Shown here: piece by piece, positions 33,308-47,981 of the stretch
Layout of the letters: each line of letters starts with the position of its first letter
How positions within the stretch are numbered: position 1 is the first letter of the stretch
Assembly: GCF_000142905.1 (NCBI RefSeq)
Contig: NW_013657638.1
Location: 151,103-215,102 of the forward strand
DNA: 64,000 bases
From: Thecamonas trahens ATCC 50062
Taxonomy: Eukaryota; Protista; Apusomonadida
Reading direction: 5' to 3'
The notes under the pieces: model-generated
Told to the model about the DNA's origin: nothing
Database searches by the model: none
What the model saw: the letters and a program-made list of their open reading frames with translations, nothing else
Made by a program: the position numbers and the translations under genes

Positions 33308-36300
33308 ATGGAAGAGCCCCCCGGGAGTAGCGCAGTTGAGGCTGAGGCGCCAAACACACTGGAGGACCTTTCCCCATTCCTCACATACCTTGGTGCGCTA
33401 TGCCCCGCGGCACTGGGTGCTCGGCCTGGTGCCTTTAAGCGCAAGCTGAAGAAGCAGAACGAGCTCCTTACCAAGTTTGCATGCGACCCGAGTGTACGTA
33501 CCTTGTCCCCTTTCACCTCCTCTCCCTTCTCCCCTCCCTTCCCCTCCCCCCCTCCTGCTCTACTGCTGCTCATGAAGACTCACATATAGCGGTGGTGGTG
33601 GTGGCCGTGCTTTGCGGTGGCTTTGGCGCTCGCGCGACGGCCAAAAATGGCGTCCTTGCTCTAGGTCCGCACACTGGTGGTGGCGGTCGGCTCGAGGCCC
33701 GAGGCTGGCGTGCATGATGGAAGCGACGACGGTGAAGAAGAGGGCGGGCAGGAGTTCTCTTTACAGCTGGAGGTAGCGTACCTCGGCAAGAATGTCGAGT
33801 CAATGATGTGCTTTGTCAAGCGCGGCGAGGTGCTCGTTGCCGGGACGCCCATCGCAGGGCAGCTCCACTTTGTGACGCTCGCCAACGACAAGCCGTTCGA
33901 GACGCTGTACGCGTACCTGAGGACCTCGTTTGGCCCGCTGTTTGAGTCATTTCTCGACGCATCGGCGTCCAAGTTTGGTGGGAGCGGGCCCGGGAGCGGG
34001 CCCGCCGGAAGCTCGGGCGACAAGACCGACCCGAACATGGGCGTGGCGGTCGTTCGCAAGAACCTGGCGTCGCTGCAGTCGTCGCTGATGCACCTCAAGC
34101 AAGAAGTGGAAATTCCCGAGGTCAAGCTGGTGATCGACGGCGACATTGCACGGTGCCTCGACGAGGCTGCGGCGGCCGGGCGGGCCATGGAGGTGGGCGA
34201 CCTCGGCGAGCTGGTCAAGGACTCGCGGTGGCTCAACTCGCTGCAGTCGGGTGTCAACGCGTGGATCCGCGAAGTGCAAAAGGTGACCAAGCTCGAGCGC
34301 GACGCGTCGACGGGCTCGGCGCTCCAGGAGATCAACTTTTGGCTCTCGATGGAGCGCGCGCTCGACGCGGTCGAGGCCGAGCTTGCCACGCCGGGCGTGG
34401 AAATGACCATGGAGGTGCTGAAGCACGCCAAGCGGTTCCATGCCACGGTGAGCTTCCGGTCTGATACCGGGCTCAAGGCTGCGCGTGCCGTCGTCACCTC
34501 GTACAACTTGCTCTTCAAGGACTTTCCTATCCACGAGCTCCTCAACGCCACCGACATCAACTCGCTCAACGACGGCCTCTCCGGCGTGTTCAACCACCTC
34601 AAGAAGCTCAAGAACACGAGCTACCCGCTCGAGCGGGCGCTGCGGTTTGTCGAGGCGCTCTCACGCGACGTGGCGGCCCAGCTGCTCTCTGTCCTGCAGG
34701 GCGCGCGGCTGCTTCTCCTGCCGTATGACGAGTTTGACGTCCTCACAAGCGACTGCGGCTCGGTCTTTGCGCTGTGGGAGGATCTTGTGGCCGGCTTCAA
34801 GGAGCTCCTCCGCGAAGTCGCCAAGTTCCGCCGGAACAAGGCCGAAGAGTCGCTGCCGATCCGGATCCGGGCCGAGCACACGGCGCTCCGCGACCGGCTG
34901 GAGGATCTCCGCCGGTTCCGCAAGCAGCACGACGAGCTGCGTGTCGTCATTCGCAAGGTTCTCCCGCAAGTCGCGCATGGCTCGGAGATCAACGCCGTCG
35001 AGGAGGTGGCTGCGGCATACGACGAAGTCAAGGCTGTCGAGCCACTTGACGTCTCCGAGACCGGTGTCGTCAACTGGAACGAGGCGCTGCATGCGTACGA
35101 GTCGCGCATCGACGCCGTTGAGTCGCAGATCACCAACCGGCTCCGCGACAAGCTCGGCTCGGCCAAGAACGCCAACGAGATGTTCCGGGTCTTTCAAAAG
35201 TTCAACGCGCTCTTCTTCCGGCCGCGCATCCGCGGCGCCATCCAAGAGTACCAGGCGCAGCTCATTTCGCGGGTCAAGGGCGACATTACGGCGCTGCAAG
35301 ACAAGTTCAAGACGCAGTACGGCGTGTCCGAGGTCTCACGCATGTCGCGACTCCGCGACTTGCCGCCTGTTGCCGGCAACATTATCTGGGCGCGGCAGAT
35401 CGAGCGCCAGCTCGACACGTACATGAACCGGGTCGAGACCGTGCTCGGCTCGGGTTGGGAGCAGCATGTCGAGGGCCAGAAGCTCAAGGTCGAGGGCGAC
35501 TCGTTCCGCCGCAAGCTCAACACCGCTATGCTCTTCAACAACTGGGTCAAGCAGACCGAGTCGCGGAATTACGAGGCTGTCGGCCGGGTCTTTTACATTG
35601 AGAAGCGCCACTCCAAGCTGACGCTGCGGACCAACTTTGACGGCGGCATGATCACCCTCTTCAAGGAGGTTCGCAACCTACTCTGGCTCGGCTTCCGGGT
35701 CCCGTTCCAGATCCAGCTCACCTCCTCGCGGGCGCAGCAGGTCTATCCGTTTGCCGTCTCGCTCATGGAGTCAATCAAGACGTACTCGCGGTCGTGCGAG
35801 AAGCTCTCCGAATCGATTGCCCCGCTTGTGGCCTCGTTCCAGCTCTCGGTCCAGACCACGCTCGCCGACGGCTTCCAGCTCCACTGGGAGTCACTCAAGC
35901 TTGACGAGTACGTCAAGACGCTCGCCGAGACCGTCCTTAACTTTCAGGAGAAGGTTGACGACCTGCTCGTCAAGTACGAGACCATCAACAGCTCGCTTGC
36001 CTCGCTCGCTTCGGCCAAGCTCGAGCAGGCCGCGCTGGCCAAAATCGTCGGCTCCATCCAGGACGTGGTCGACTCGCTCAACATGGCTGGCTACTCGAAC
36101 CTGGACGCCTACGTGGCCTCGCTTGATACATCGCTCCGCGAGGTGCTCACTGGCCGGCTCCGTGAGGCCGTCGACCTCTGGATCAAGGTCTTTACCGCCT
36201 CGCTGCCATCGCTGCGGCCAGGCGCCGAGGGTGCGTCCGCCAAGGACGACGCGGCGGCCGCCGAAGACGAGCGCAAGAAGGCGCGGGCACGGGCGTTGCG

Positions 36301-39300
36301 GGCACGCCGGTTTGCGCGCCCGCGCGGCGGCGACGACGGCGCTGGTGCGGGTGAGAGCGTCGACCCGGCGGCAATGTCACCGGCGGCGCTGACTGCGCTC
36401 CGGGCCTCGATGGTTGTGGACGGCAAACCGTGCATGGAGCCGGTGGTCCACGAGCTCTCGCTCCGCAACCAGACCATGTACCTCGAGCCGCCGCTCGAGT
36501 CTGCGCGACAGGACTGGATCGACCAGTTCAACACATGGCTTGGCGTTGTCGGCTCGCTCCCAGTCCTCTCGGCCTCGCGGTTTGACGTCATGGGCGTGGC
36601 CGCGGCGTCGGGTCCGGGCGGGGCCAAGATGGCGACCTACGCCGACCTGCTTAGCGATCTCGAGCCGAATGAGCTCACTGGGGCGTACGAGGTCATCGAG
36701 GGCCTCCTCGCGGAGGCGCGGCGGTACGTCGACTCGTGGCTCCAGTACCAGTCGCTGTGGGACATGGACGCGTCGGCAGTCCATGACGTGGTCCGCGATG
36801 ACCTCGGGCTCTGGCGGCAGCTCCTCCGCGAGATCCAGAACGCGCGGTCGACGTTTGACAACGCTGACTCGGAGTACTCGCTCGGCTCAATTGTGGTGCA
36901 GTACGGACAGGTCCAGGCCAAGGTCAACAACAAGTACGACGCATGGCACAAGGAGTTCCTCGCTCACTTTGGCTCGCTCCTTGGCTCGCGCATGGCGGAC
37001 TTTCTGGAGACGCTCGCGGGTGCACGTGCCGCGCTCGAGGGCGCGACTGTCGAGACCGAGTCGACCGCTGACGCTGTGGCGTTCATCACCACCGTACAGA
37101 AGCACAAGCGCAAGCTCGACGAGTACAAGGCATCCATGGAGCACTACAAGCTCGGGCAGAAGCTGGCGGAGCGGCAGCGGTTCCACTTTCCGGCCGACTG
37201 GGTCCATTACGACCGGCTCGACGGCGAGTTTACCGCCTTTGTGGAGATCCTCAACCGGAAGGACGCGTCGATCGAGTCGCAGGTCCCGGCACTGCAGAAG
37301 AAGATCCTTGCCGAGGAGCGGATGCTGGCGGCCAAGCTGAGCGAGGTCGAGGCCGAGTGGACAAGCTCCAAGCCGGTCTCGGGCGAGATGCGGCCGGACG
37401 AGGCCAACAACGTCATCGCCATGTTTGAGGGGCGGGTGACCAAGCTCGCGGCCGACTTTGCACGCATTGTGCAGGCCATGGACGCACTTGACCTCGACGC
37501 GCCGTCGAACGAGACCATCGAGTCGATGGCGGAGGAGCTTGCCGACCTCAAGGGTGTGTGGGAGGCGCTCGGCGGCGTGTGGTCGGGTCTCGACGAGCTC
37601 AAGACGACGCCGTGGAAGGGAGTGGTGCCCAAGGCGCTGCGGCGGTCGCTCAACTCGCTCATCAACGAGCTCAAGGGCATGCCGAACCGGATGCGACAGT
37701 ATGAGGCGTGGGAGTATGTCAAGGGCTACCTCGAGTCGCTTGTCAAGGCCAACTCGCTCATCGAGGCGCTCTCGTCGGACGCAGTCCACGAGCGGCACTG
37801 GAAGGTCCTCCGCAAGGCGCTCGGCGTGAGGTGGGCCTCGGACTTTACGCTTGGCGAGGTGTGGGATGCCGACGTGCTCGGCAACGCCGACGCCATCGGC
37901 GAGGTGGTGACCATGGCGCAGGGCGAGAAGGGCCTCGAGGAGTTTCTCCGCGAGGTCAAGGAGTTCTGGACCGAGTTTGCGCTCGAGCTCGTGGTGTACC
38001 AGGGCAAGACGCGACTCATCCGCGGGTGGGACGACCTGTTCAACAAGCTCATGGAGCACCTCAACTCTGTACAGGCCATGAAAATGTCGCCGTACTTTAA
38101 GCCCTTCGCTGAGGAGGCGCAGGTGTGGGACGAGCGGCTGTCGCGGATGCAGGATATCTTTGACCTGTGGATCGACGTCCAGCGCCGCTGGGTCTACCTC
38201 GAGGGCATCTTTACCGGCTCGGCCGACATCAAGGTCCTTCTCCCGCAAGAGTCGAAGCGTTTCGACTCGATTAACTCGGAGTTCCTCGGCCTCATGAAAA
38301 AGGTGACCAAGGCGCCGCTCATTCTCGACGTCATCGCCATCTCGGGCGTCGACAAGCTCCTCGCCCGTCTCGCCGACCTCCTCACCAAGGTCCAGAAGGC
38401 GCTCGGTGAGTACCTCGAGCGCCAGCGGGCCTCGTTCCCACGCTTCTACTTTGTGGGCGACGAGGACTTGCTCGAGATCATTGGCAACTCCAAGGATGTG
38501 TTCAAGGTCCAGAAGCACCTCAAGAAGATGTTTGCCGGTCTCACTGCGCTCATTCTCGACGACGACGCGCCGTCGCTCATCCGCGGTATGATGTCCAAAG
38601 AGGGCGAGGTTGTGCCGTTTGCCGCGCCCGTCGACGCCGCCACCATGCCTAAGATTAACGAGTGGCTTTCGGCGCTGGAGGCCGAGATGAAGAACTCGCT
38701 CGCGCTTCTCCTCACCGACGCCGTGGTCGAGCTGCGGACCATTCTCGCGCCGGGCAGGGCCTTTGACGAGGACGCGTTCTTTACCTGGGTCGAGACCTAT
38801 CCTGACCAGCTCGTCACGCTCGCTGCGCAGTGCGTGTGGACCGAGCAAGTTGAGGCCGGGCTGGAGGCCGCGGCGAGTGACGAGTACGGTGCCGCCAACG
38901 CGTTTCTGGAGACAATTCTGAGCGTGCTCGCAGTGCTCGCGCAGGAGGTGCTCTCGGACATGTCGAACATCAAGCGGAAGAAGCTCGAGCACCTCATCAC
39001 CGAGCTTGTTCACCAGCGCGACACCATCCGCAAGCTTGTGGCGGCAAAGGTGCCGTCGGCCTCGGACTTTGGCTGGCTCTACGAGATGCGGTACTACTTT
39101 GACGAGACCAAGGCAGTGCCTGTGGAGCGGTTCGCCATCCGCATGGCCAACGCCGAGTTCCTTTACGGCTTTGAGTACCTTGGCATCCAGTCCAAGCTGG
39201 TGACCACGCCGCTGACGGACCGGTGCTACCTGACGCTCACCCAGGCGCTGCACGGGCGGATGGGTGGCTCGCCGTTTGGCCCGGCCGGTACAGGCAAGAC

Positions 39301-42300
39301 CGAGTCGGTCAAGGCGCTCGGCTCGCAGCTCGGCCGGTTTGTACTTGTCTTTTGCTGCGACGAGAACTTTGATTTCCAGGCCATGGGCCGCATTTTCGTG
39401 GGCCTTTGCCAGGTCGGCGCCTGGGGCTGCTTTGACGAGTTCAACCGGCTCGCCGAGCGTATGCTCTCGGCCGTCTCGCAGCAGATCCAGACCATCCAGC
39501 TAGCGCTGCAGGACGGGACGCCCAAGGTCGAGCTCCTCGGGACGACGGTGCCGATCTCGCCCGACATGGGTATTTTCATTACCATGAACCCGGGCTACGC
39601 CGGGCGGTCCAACTTGCCGGACAACCTCAAGCAGCTCTTCCGACCGATGGCCATGACCGCGCCGGACAAGGAGCTCATCGGACAGGTCATGCTCTTCTCG
39701 CAAGGCTTTGCCACCGCCGAGCGGCTCGCCGGCAAGGTGGTGCCGCTCTTCAAGCTTTGCCACGAGCAGCTGTCGGACCAGTCGCACTACGACTTTGGCC
39801 TCCGCTCGCTCAAGTCTGTCCTCGTCTCTGCAGGCAACATCAAGCGGAAGAAGATGCTTGCCATTGCGAGCGGCGACGAGCCGCAGCCGGGCGACAACAC
39901 TGAGTTTGAGCAAGACGTTTTGCTGCAGTCTATTTGCGAGACGCTTATTCCCAAACTTGTGGCGGCCGACATCCCGCTGCTCTACTCACTGCTCACCGAC
40001 GTCTTCCCGGGCTGCGCGCTGCCGCAGCTTGCGGCGGCGGCGCTCAAGGCCAAGATGAAGGCCATTGCCGACGAAGCCAATTATGTGTTTGGCGATCTGT
40101 GGGTCGACAAGACGCTGCAACTCAACCAGATCCTCAACCTCAACCACGGCGTCATGCTCGTGGGCCCGTCGGGCTCTGGCAAGTCGAGCTCGTGGCGGAC
40201 GCTCCTGGCTGCGCTCGAGGCGCTAGAGGGTGTCGAGGGCTGCTCGTACGTCATCGACGCCAAGGCCATTTCCAAGGACGAGTTGTACGGCTTCCTCGAC
40301 GCGACGACCCGCGAGTGGACCGACGGCATTTTTACCGGCATTCTCCGGCGGATCATCGACAACGTCCGCGGCGAGGCGGCGAAGCGGCATTGGATTGTGT
40401 TTGACGGCGACGTCGACCCCGAGTGGGTGGAGAACATGAACTCGCTGCTCGACGACAACAAGCTCCTCACGTTGCCCAACGGCGAGCGGTTGGCGCTCCC
40501 GCCGAATGTGCGAATCATGTTCGAGGTGCAGGATCTCAAGTACGCGACGCTGGCCACGGTCTCGCGGACAGGCATGGTGTGGTACTCGGAGGACACGCTG
40601 ACGACGCCGATGATTTTGCAGCATAACTTGCTCAAGATGCGAAACGTGGTGGTTCCGGGCGAGTACGACGAGTCGGACCTGCCGGGCTACGCTGGCGTCG
40701 ACGACGAGACCGGTGCCGAGGTCTCGCCGGCGCTCATGGTACAGCGCGAGGTGGAAGCTGCGCTCGCGCCGTACTTTGCGGACGGGAGCATGGTGTTGCA
40801 GGCGCTGGACAAGGCGGCCGGGCTGGAACAGGTCATGGACCACTCGCGGCTGCGGCTGCTGGGCGCCATGTTCTCGATCCTCAACATGGGCATTGCGCAA
40901 GTCCACGAATACAACGCGACCCACTACGAGGCGCCGATGGGCGGCTCGCGGCTGGCTGACTTTATGCGCCGCAAGCTGGTGCTCGCAGTGGTGTGGGGCT
41001 TTTCCGGCTCGTGCAAGATTGCGGTCCGCGAAGAGTTTTCGCACTGGCTCCGCGACATTACCGACATTGATCTGCCGGAAAAGCCGGTCATCGACTACGA
41101 GGTCTCTGTGGTGACTGGTGGGTGGGAGCTGTGGACGAACCAGGTGCCGGTCATTGACGTCGACGCCGAGTCGATGGGTACCGCCGTCATTCCGACGCTC
41201 GACACGGTGCGGCACGTGGACATTCTGTACGCTTGGTTGGCGGAGCACAAGCCGCTGCTGCTGTGCGGCCCGCCGGGGTCGGGCAAGACGATGACGCTCT
41301 TCTCGACGCTCCGCAAGGCGACCAACTACGACGTGTGTGCCATCAACTTCTCGTCGGCCACCTCACCGGAGCTCATTCTTTCGACGTTTGAGCAAAAGTG
41401 CGAGATCAAGAAGACCGCCCGCGGCCTCGTTCTTCAGCCGATTCAGCTCGGCAAGTGGCTGGTGGTCTTTTGCGACGAGATCAACTTGCCGGAGCCGGAC
41501 GAGTACGGCACGCAGCGAGTCATCACCTTTATCCGCCAGCTTGTGGAGCAGGGCGGTTACTGGCGGGCCGAGGACCTGCAGTGGATTTCGTTGGAGCGGA
41601 TTCAGTTTGTGGGAGCGTGCAACCCGCCGACGGATCCTGGGCGGACGCCGCTCTCGCACCGGTTCCTCCGGCACGCGCCGCTCATTCTGTGCGACTACCC
41701 GGCATACGAGTCGCTGACCCAGATTTACGGCACCTTTTCGCGGGCGCTCCTTGCCGACTACGCGCATCTCAAGCCGTACGCGGGAGCTCTCACCGAGTGC
41801 ATGGTCGACTTTTACACCCAGTCGCAGGCGCGGTTCACGGCCGACATCCAGCAGCACTACATCTACTCGCCTCGTGAGCTGACGCGGTGGGTCCGCGGCA
41901 TCTACGATGCGCTGCGGACGGGCGAGGAGGGTCCGAGCCTGGAGACACTGATGCGGATCTGGGCGCACGAGGGCCTGCGGCTGTTCCAGGACCGGCTTGT
42001 GACCGAGGAGGAGCGCGAGTGGACGACGACGCATCTCGATGCGACGCTCGCCAAGCACTGTCCGGATTGCGACGCGTCGGTGGCGCTTGCGCGGCCGATT
42101 CTGTTCTCCTCGTGGCTCTCGGACGACTCGCGGTACGTGTCGGTGACCCGCGACGATCTGCGGGCGTACCTGCTTGACGAACTGAAGAACTTTTACGAGG
42201 AGGAGCTCGACGTGCCGCTGGTGCTCTTTGACGAGGTGCTCGACCACATCCTGCGGATCGACCGGGTCTTCCATCAAAAGCAGGGCCACCTGCTGCAGAT

Positions 42301-45300
42301 CGGACAGTCGGGCGCGGGTAAGACGGTGCTCTCGCGATTTGTGGCGTGGAAGAACGGGCTCTCGGTCTTCCAGATTCGCGGCTCGAACAAGTACTCTGGC
42401 GAGGACTTTGACAATGACCTGCGGACGGTGCTGCGGCGGTCGGGCGCCGAGGGCGAGAAGATCTGCTTCATCTTTGACGAGTCGAACATCAAGGACACGG
42501 GCTTCCTCGAGCGGATGAACACGCTCCTCGCCAACGGTGAGATTCCGGGCCTGTTTGAAGGCGACGACTGGACGTCGCTGATGAACCAGTGCAAGACGAG
42601 CTCGCAAACCGAGGGCAAGATGCTGAGCTCCGAGGACGAGCTCTACGAGTGGTTTACCAACCAGATCATCCGCAACCTGCACGTGGTGTTCACCATGAAC
42701 CCTGCCGGTGGCGGGTTTGAGAACCGGACGTCGACTTCGCCAGCGCTCTTCAACCGATGCGTGCTCAACTGGTTCGGCGACTGGTCGGACAAGGCGTTGT
42801 ACCAGGTCGGCCTCGAGTTTACGGCAGCCGTCGAGCTGGACCTTGAGGGCTACATGCCGCCGGACTTTTCCCGGCGGCCTTTGCTGAGGCACCAAACCCG
42901 CCGACGCACCGACAGGCCATTGTCAACGCCATGGTCTCTGTCCATCAGTCTGTGGCCGAGGCCAACGTCAAGCTCTCCAAGCGGCAAGGGCGGGTCAACT
43001 ACGTGACGCCGCGGCACTACCTCGACTTTATCCACCACTATGTGGGCCTGTACAACGAGAAGCGCGGCGAGCTCGAGGAGCAGCAGGCGCATCTCAACAC
43101 TGGGCTCGACAAGCTGCGCGAGACCGAGGAGCAGGTGCTCGAGCTGCAAAAGTCACTCGCGGTGAAGAACACCGAGCTCGCAGCCAAGAACGAGGAGGCG
43201 AACGCTAAGCTGAAGCAGATGGTCAAGGACCAGCAGGTTGCGGAGGAGAAGAAGAAAGAGTCGCTCAAGATGGCGGCCGAGCTGGAGGCCAAGTCCAAGG
43301 TTGTGGAGGAGCAAAAGGAGGTGGCGCTCGGTGACCTGGCCAAGGCCGAGCCGATGGTGGAGGAGGCCCGTGCGGCGGTGCAGGGCATCAAGAAGTCCCA
43401 CCTCGACGAGGTCCGCGCCCTCCGCAACCCGCCGGCCAAGATCCAGCTGACGATGGAGGCTGTGCTCACCCTCCTCGGCGCCGGCAAGATCGACTGGAAG
43501 GGCATCAAGGCTGCGATCCAGAAGACCTCGTTCATTTCGGATGTCATGTCGTTTGATGCCGAGACCATTTCGCCGCGCATTCGGGCGGTGATGGAGAAGA
43601 AGTACTTGTCAAACCCCGAGTTCAACTTTGAGTCGATCAACAAGGCTTCCAAGGCGTGTGGCCCGCTGTGCAAGTGGGCGCTGGCGCAGCTGGCATACGC
43701 AGACATCCTGCACCGGGTCGAGCCGCTGCGGGCCGAGCTGCGGGCGCTGGAGGCAGACGCAGCGGCGATGGCGGCCAAGAAGGCCGAGATGGACGACCTC
43801 GTGGCCGAGCTCGAGGCGTCGATTGCGGCGTACAAGGAGGAGTATGGGGTGCTCATCGGCGAGACGCAGCGGATCAAGACCGAGATGGAGGTGACCAAGG
43901 TCAAGGTGGAGCGGTCGACGTCGCTGCTTGCCTCGCTCGGGTCAGAGCGATCGCGGTGGGAGGCCGAGTCGGAGGGCTTCCGCAACCAACTTGCATCTGT
44001 GGTGGGCGATGTGCTGGTGTGTGCGGCGACGATGGCGTACGCCGGTTTCTTTGACCAAAGCTACCGGTCCGGACTGGAGGCGCAGTGGAAGGCGCAGCTG
44101 GAGGCGTCCAACGTGGCGTTCAACTCGGAGCTTGCCTTTAACGAGTTCCTCGGCTCTGCTGCTGCCGAGCTCGAGTGGCAGTCACGTGGGCTGCCTGTCG
44201 ACGCGCTCTGCACGCAAAACGCGATCATGCTCGAGCGGTACAACCGGTACCCGCTCATCATCGACCCGTCGGGCCAGGCGACCGAGTTTGTGATGGCGCA
44301 GTATGCCGGACGCAAGATGAAGAAGACCTCGTTCCTCGACCCTGCGTTCATGAAGCACCTCGAGAGTGCGCTGCGGTTTGGAACGTCGTTGCTGGTGCAG
44401 GACGTGGAGAACATCGACCCTGTCGTCAACCCTGTGCTCAACAAGGAGCTGCAGAAGAAGGGCGGGCGGGTGCTGATGCAGCTCGGCGAGCTGGACATCG
44501 ACTTTTCGCCATCGTTCTCGATCTTCCTCTCGACTCGCGACCCGACGTTTAACTTTGCGCCGGACCTGTGCTCTCGGGTGACCTTTGTCAACTTTACGGT
44601 CACCCAGGCTCGCTCCAGTCGCAGTGTCTGTCCAAGGTGCTCAAGGCTGAGCGGCCAGACATTGACGCGAAGCGGTCGGACCTGCTCAAGCTCCAGGGCG
44701 AGTTTCGGGTCAAGCTGCGGGCGATGGAGGCCAAGCTGCTGACGACGCTCTCCGAGTCGGAGGGCAACATTCTGGACAACGACAAGGTTATTACCACGCT
44801 GGAGAAGATCAAGGCCGACGCTGCGGACATTGCGCAAAAGGCAAGCGAGGCCGACGTGGTGATGGAGGAGGTGGAGGGCGTGTCGTCACAGTACGCGCCG
44901 ATGGCGACGTCGTGCTCGCGGATCTACTTTTCGCTCGAGCAGATGGGCCACGTCCACTTTTTGTACCAGTACTCGCTGCAGTTCTTCCTCGACATTTTCG
45001 AGGTGACACTGTTGCACAACCCGCACCTCGAGGCGTTGACCGAGCCGATGGAGCGGCTGGAGGTGCTGATGGCGGACTTGTTTGCGACAGTGTACGAGCG
45101 GGTCTGTCGTGGCCTGCTCCACGCCGACCACGTCTGCTTTGCCTTTCTCCTTGCCCAGGTGCGGACCGAGTCTGCGGCGGTGCTCGACGCGCAGGAGTTT
45201 GAGTTCTTCCTCAAGGGCATCGAGTCGCTCGGCGGGCAGGTGCCGGAGCTGGGCGTCGACGTCACGGCGCCGGCGCTCGGATACACGCCTGCACAGCAGC

Positions 45301-47513
45301 ACCTGCTCCGTGGGCTCTCTGCGCTCCCGATCTTTGCGGGCGCGCTCGGCGAGTCTGCAGTGAAGGACGTTGAGGCGTGGGCCAAGTTCCTCGACCTGTC
45401 CGCGGCCGGCGAGAAGGCTGTGCCGCCGGGACCGTGGAATGCGGCGCCTGCGGGCGCGGGCATGCCGGGCGCGCTAGTGGCGTTCCGCAAGCTGCTGCTG
45501 GTCAAGGCGTTCCGGCCGGACCGGCTGCTGGCGGCGATGGACACGTTTGTGTCTGCGGTGTTTGGCAGCGGGTTCCTCGACCTCGGGGTGCTCGACCTCG
45601 GCAAGGTGGTGGGGAGCGAGGTGGCGGCGAGCACGCCGCTGTTGATGTGCTCGATGCCCGGACACGACGCGTCGGGGCGGGTCGACGAGGTGGCGGCCGA
45701 AGTGGGCAAGCGGGTCAACTCGATTGCCATCGGCTCGCCCGAGGGCTTTGACCTGGCGGAGAACGCCATTTCGGCGGCAGCCAAGAGCGGCGGTTGGGTC
45801 ATGCTCAAGAACGTGCACCTTGCGCCGCAGTGGCTGGTGCAGCTTGAGAAGAAGTTGCACAACCTGGCGCCGGTCTCAGGCTTCCGGCTTTTTATGACCG
45901 GCGAGATCCATCCTGCGATTCCGGTCAACCTCATGCGGATGTCGCGGATCTTTGTGTTTGAGCCGCCGCCGGGTGTCAAGGCCAACCTGCTGCGGACGTT
46001 CTCGTCGATTCCTGCGTCGCGAATGGATGCCAAGCCGGTCGAGCGGTCGCGGCTGTACTTTATCATCTCGTGGGTCCATGCCGTCTTGCAAGAACGGCTG
46101 GGGTACACGCCGCTCGGGTGGGCACAGAGCTACGAGTTTAATGACGCAGACATCCGGTGTGCGTTTGCGTCGGTCGACTATTGGGTTGGGTCGGTGGCCA
46201 AGTCGAAGGACAACGTGGACCCGGAGAAGATCCCGTGGCTCGCGCTTCGCACGCTGTTCTCGGTCTCGATCTACGGCGGGCGGATTGACAACGAGTTTGA
46301 CTCGCGGCTGCTGGACTCGTTCCTGGAGAACCTCTTTACGCCGGCGTCGTTCAACCTCGACTTTGTGCTTGTGCCGGCAGAGGACTCGGGCTCGTCTGAG
46401 GACGACGAAGGTGACGCAAGCGGAAGCGGAAGCGACGCGGCTGCTCTCACCATTCCAGAGGCGCGGTGCAAGGCCGACTTTGAGGCGTGGGTCCGGGCGC
46501 TGCCGGACTCGCAAACGCCGGCGTGGCTTGGCCTCCCGGTCAACGCCGAGTCTGTCCTCCTCCGCAACAAGGCCAAGGTCGCGGTGTCGAAGATCCTCAA
46601 GCTGCAGTCGATGCAGGAGGATGAGTCTGTGGGCGGTGAGGCCGAGGCAGCGGCAGCGGCTGCAGCCAGCGGCGACGGTTCGGGCGTGGCGTTGCCGGCG
46701 TGGATGCGGTCGTTGCACACCTCGCTTCAGCAGTGGAGCGAGCACCTGCCGGCGGGCCTGACGAGCATGACATCGTCGGCGGAGAACGTGGCAAACCCGC
46801 TGTTCCGGTGCATCGAGCGCGAGAACGAGCGGGCACGAAGCCTTCTGGGCGTCATCCGCAAGGACGTGGCCGACCTCGATGCGGTCTGCCGCGGCGAGAT
46901 GAAGCAGACCAACCACATCCGCGAGCTGCTGGTGTACCTGTCCAAGGGCATGATTCCCAAGTCGTGGCGGGCGTACTCGGTTCCGGACTCGCTCTCGGTC
47001 AACGTGTTTGTCAAGGATCTCGCGCTGCGACTGCAACAGCTGGAGGATCTCGCTGGCCAAGCCTCGACCTTTGGCCGCGACGGCATCATCCTCGGGCGGC
47101 TCTTCTCGCCCGAGGCCTTCCTCACTGCCTCGCGGCAGGCAGCAGCGCAGGCCAAGGAGTGGCCGCTTGAGGAGCTCGAGCTCGCAGTCTACGTCGGCGA
47201 GGAGAGCGGCGACGACCTCCAGTCGTTTGCCATCCTCGACCTGAACGTCGAGGGCGCCGAGTGGCGCGAGGGCGCGCTCCATCTCTCGGAAAAGATTTCG
47301 ACCACGCTCCCGGTCGCCCGCTTCCGGTGGGTCAACCCGCGGGTGGAGGACGTTCCGCCGCGCCGGCTCATCCGCCTCCCGGTCTACCTCAACTCGTCAC
47401 GCAAGGTCCTCCTCTTTGACGTCCAGGTCGACGGGCCCCAAGGCCTTGGAGATCTTGACTTTGCCCAGCGCGGCATTGCCATTGTGGCCACAAGCTACGA
47501 GAACATCGTGTAG
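33308..47513 (+). CDS. DYNC1H1: cytoplasmic dynein-1 heavy chain; intron 33494-33664; -1 frame breaks near 42868 and 44604
   Basis: P-loops GPAGTGKT, GPSGSGKS, GPPGSGKT and GQSGAGKT; tail motifs ALQEINFW and FNALFFRPRIRGAIQEYQ; stalk ASKACGPL; AAA5/6 RVTFVNFTVT..SLQSQCL and WVMLKNVHLAPQWL. Confidence 0.97.
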
Positions 47514-47981
47514 TGCAGCGTTAGCCGTGTCGCGAGTTGATAAAGCACAAGCGCTGTGCAGCTGACGTATCCCGATGCAAATGCGCACTGATGCGAGCGG
47601 AAGGTGAGCCGGTGCCGAGCGAGTGCGGCAATAGAGGGGAGTAGGAGAGAGCCAAAAAAAAAAAGCCGCATCCGCGCATCAGACTGATACTCCACGCGTG
47701 GGCTGACCGAGTTGATGCGGAAAAGTGATCAAAAGTATGCAAGGGACGCGCTTGAAAAGGGCCTCCTTTGCCAACCCCGCCCACCTCACCACCACGACCA
47801 CCACCTACGTGCGCACACAGCTGTGCACGCATAACACCGTTTTCTTACAAAGGCAAGAAGTACAGCTTGGTGATTTCATTTAAGATTCTCGCTTCGCCCT
47901 CGCCTTGCTCTTGCCTTCCCTTGCCAGCTCTTGCGCCCCTCCTCGCTTCTGTCTGTCCCTGAGTGCCTTTGTTGTGCAAAA

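Noticed and set aside
33590-33664. Upstream acceptor (TAG at 33587-33589) for the dynein intron
   Set aside because: It leads to an in-frame TAG at 33662; the acceptor at 33664 restores the conserved DPS-VRTLVV.
36887-39253. Long antisense and alternative-frame ORFs (e.g. 788 aa opposite dynein, and many others)
   Set aside because: These are expected shadow ORFs in high-GC3 coding DNA and have no recognisable domains.
42860-44610. Canonical programmed -1 ribosomal frameshifting or dynein pseudogene
   Set aside because: There is no slippery heptamer or shared phase at either site and all motor motifs are intact; single-base run undercalls explain both breaks.
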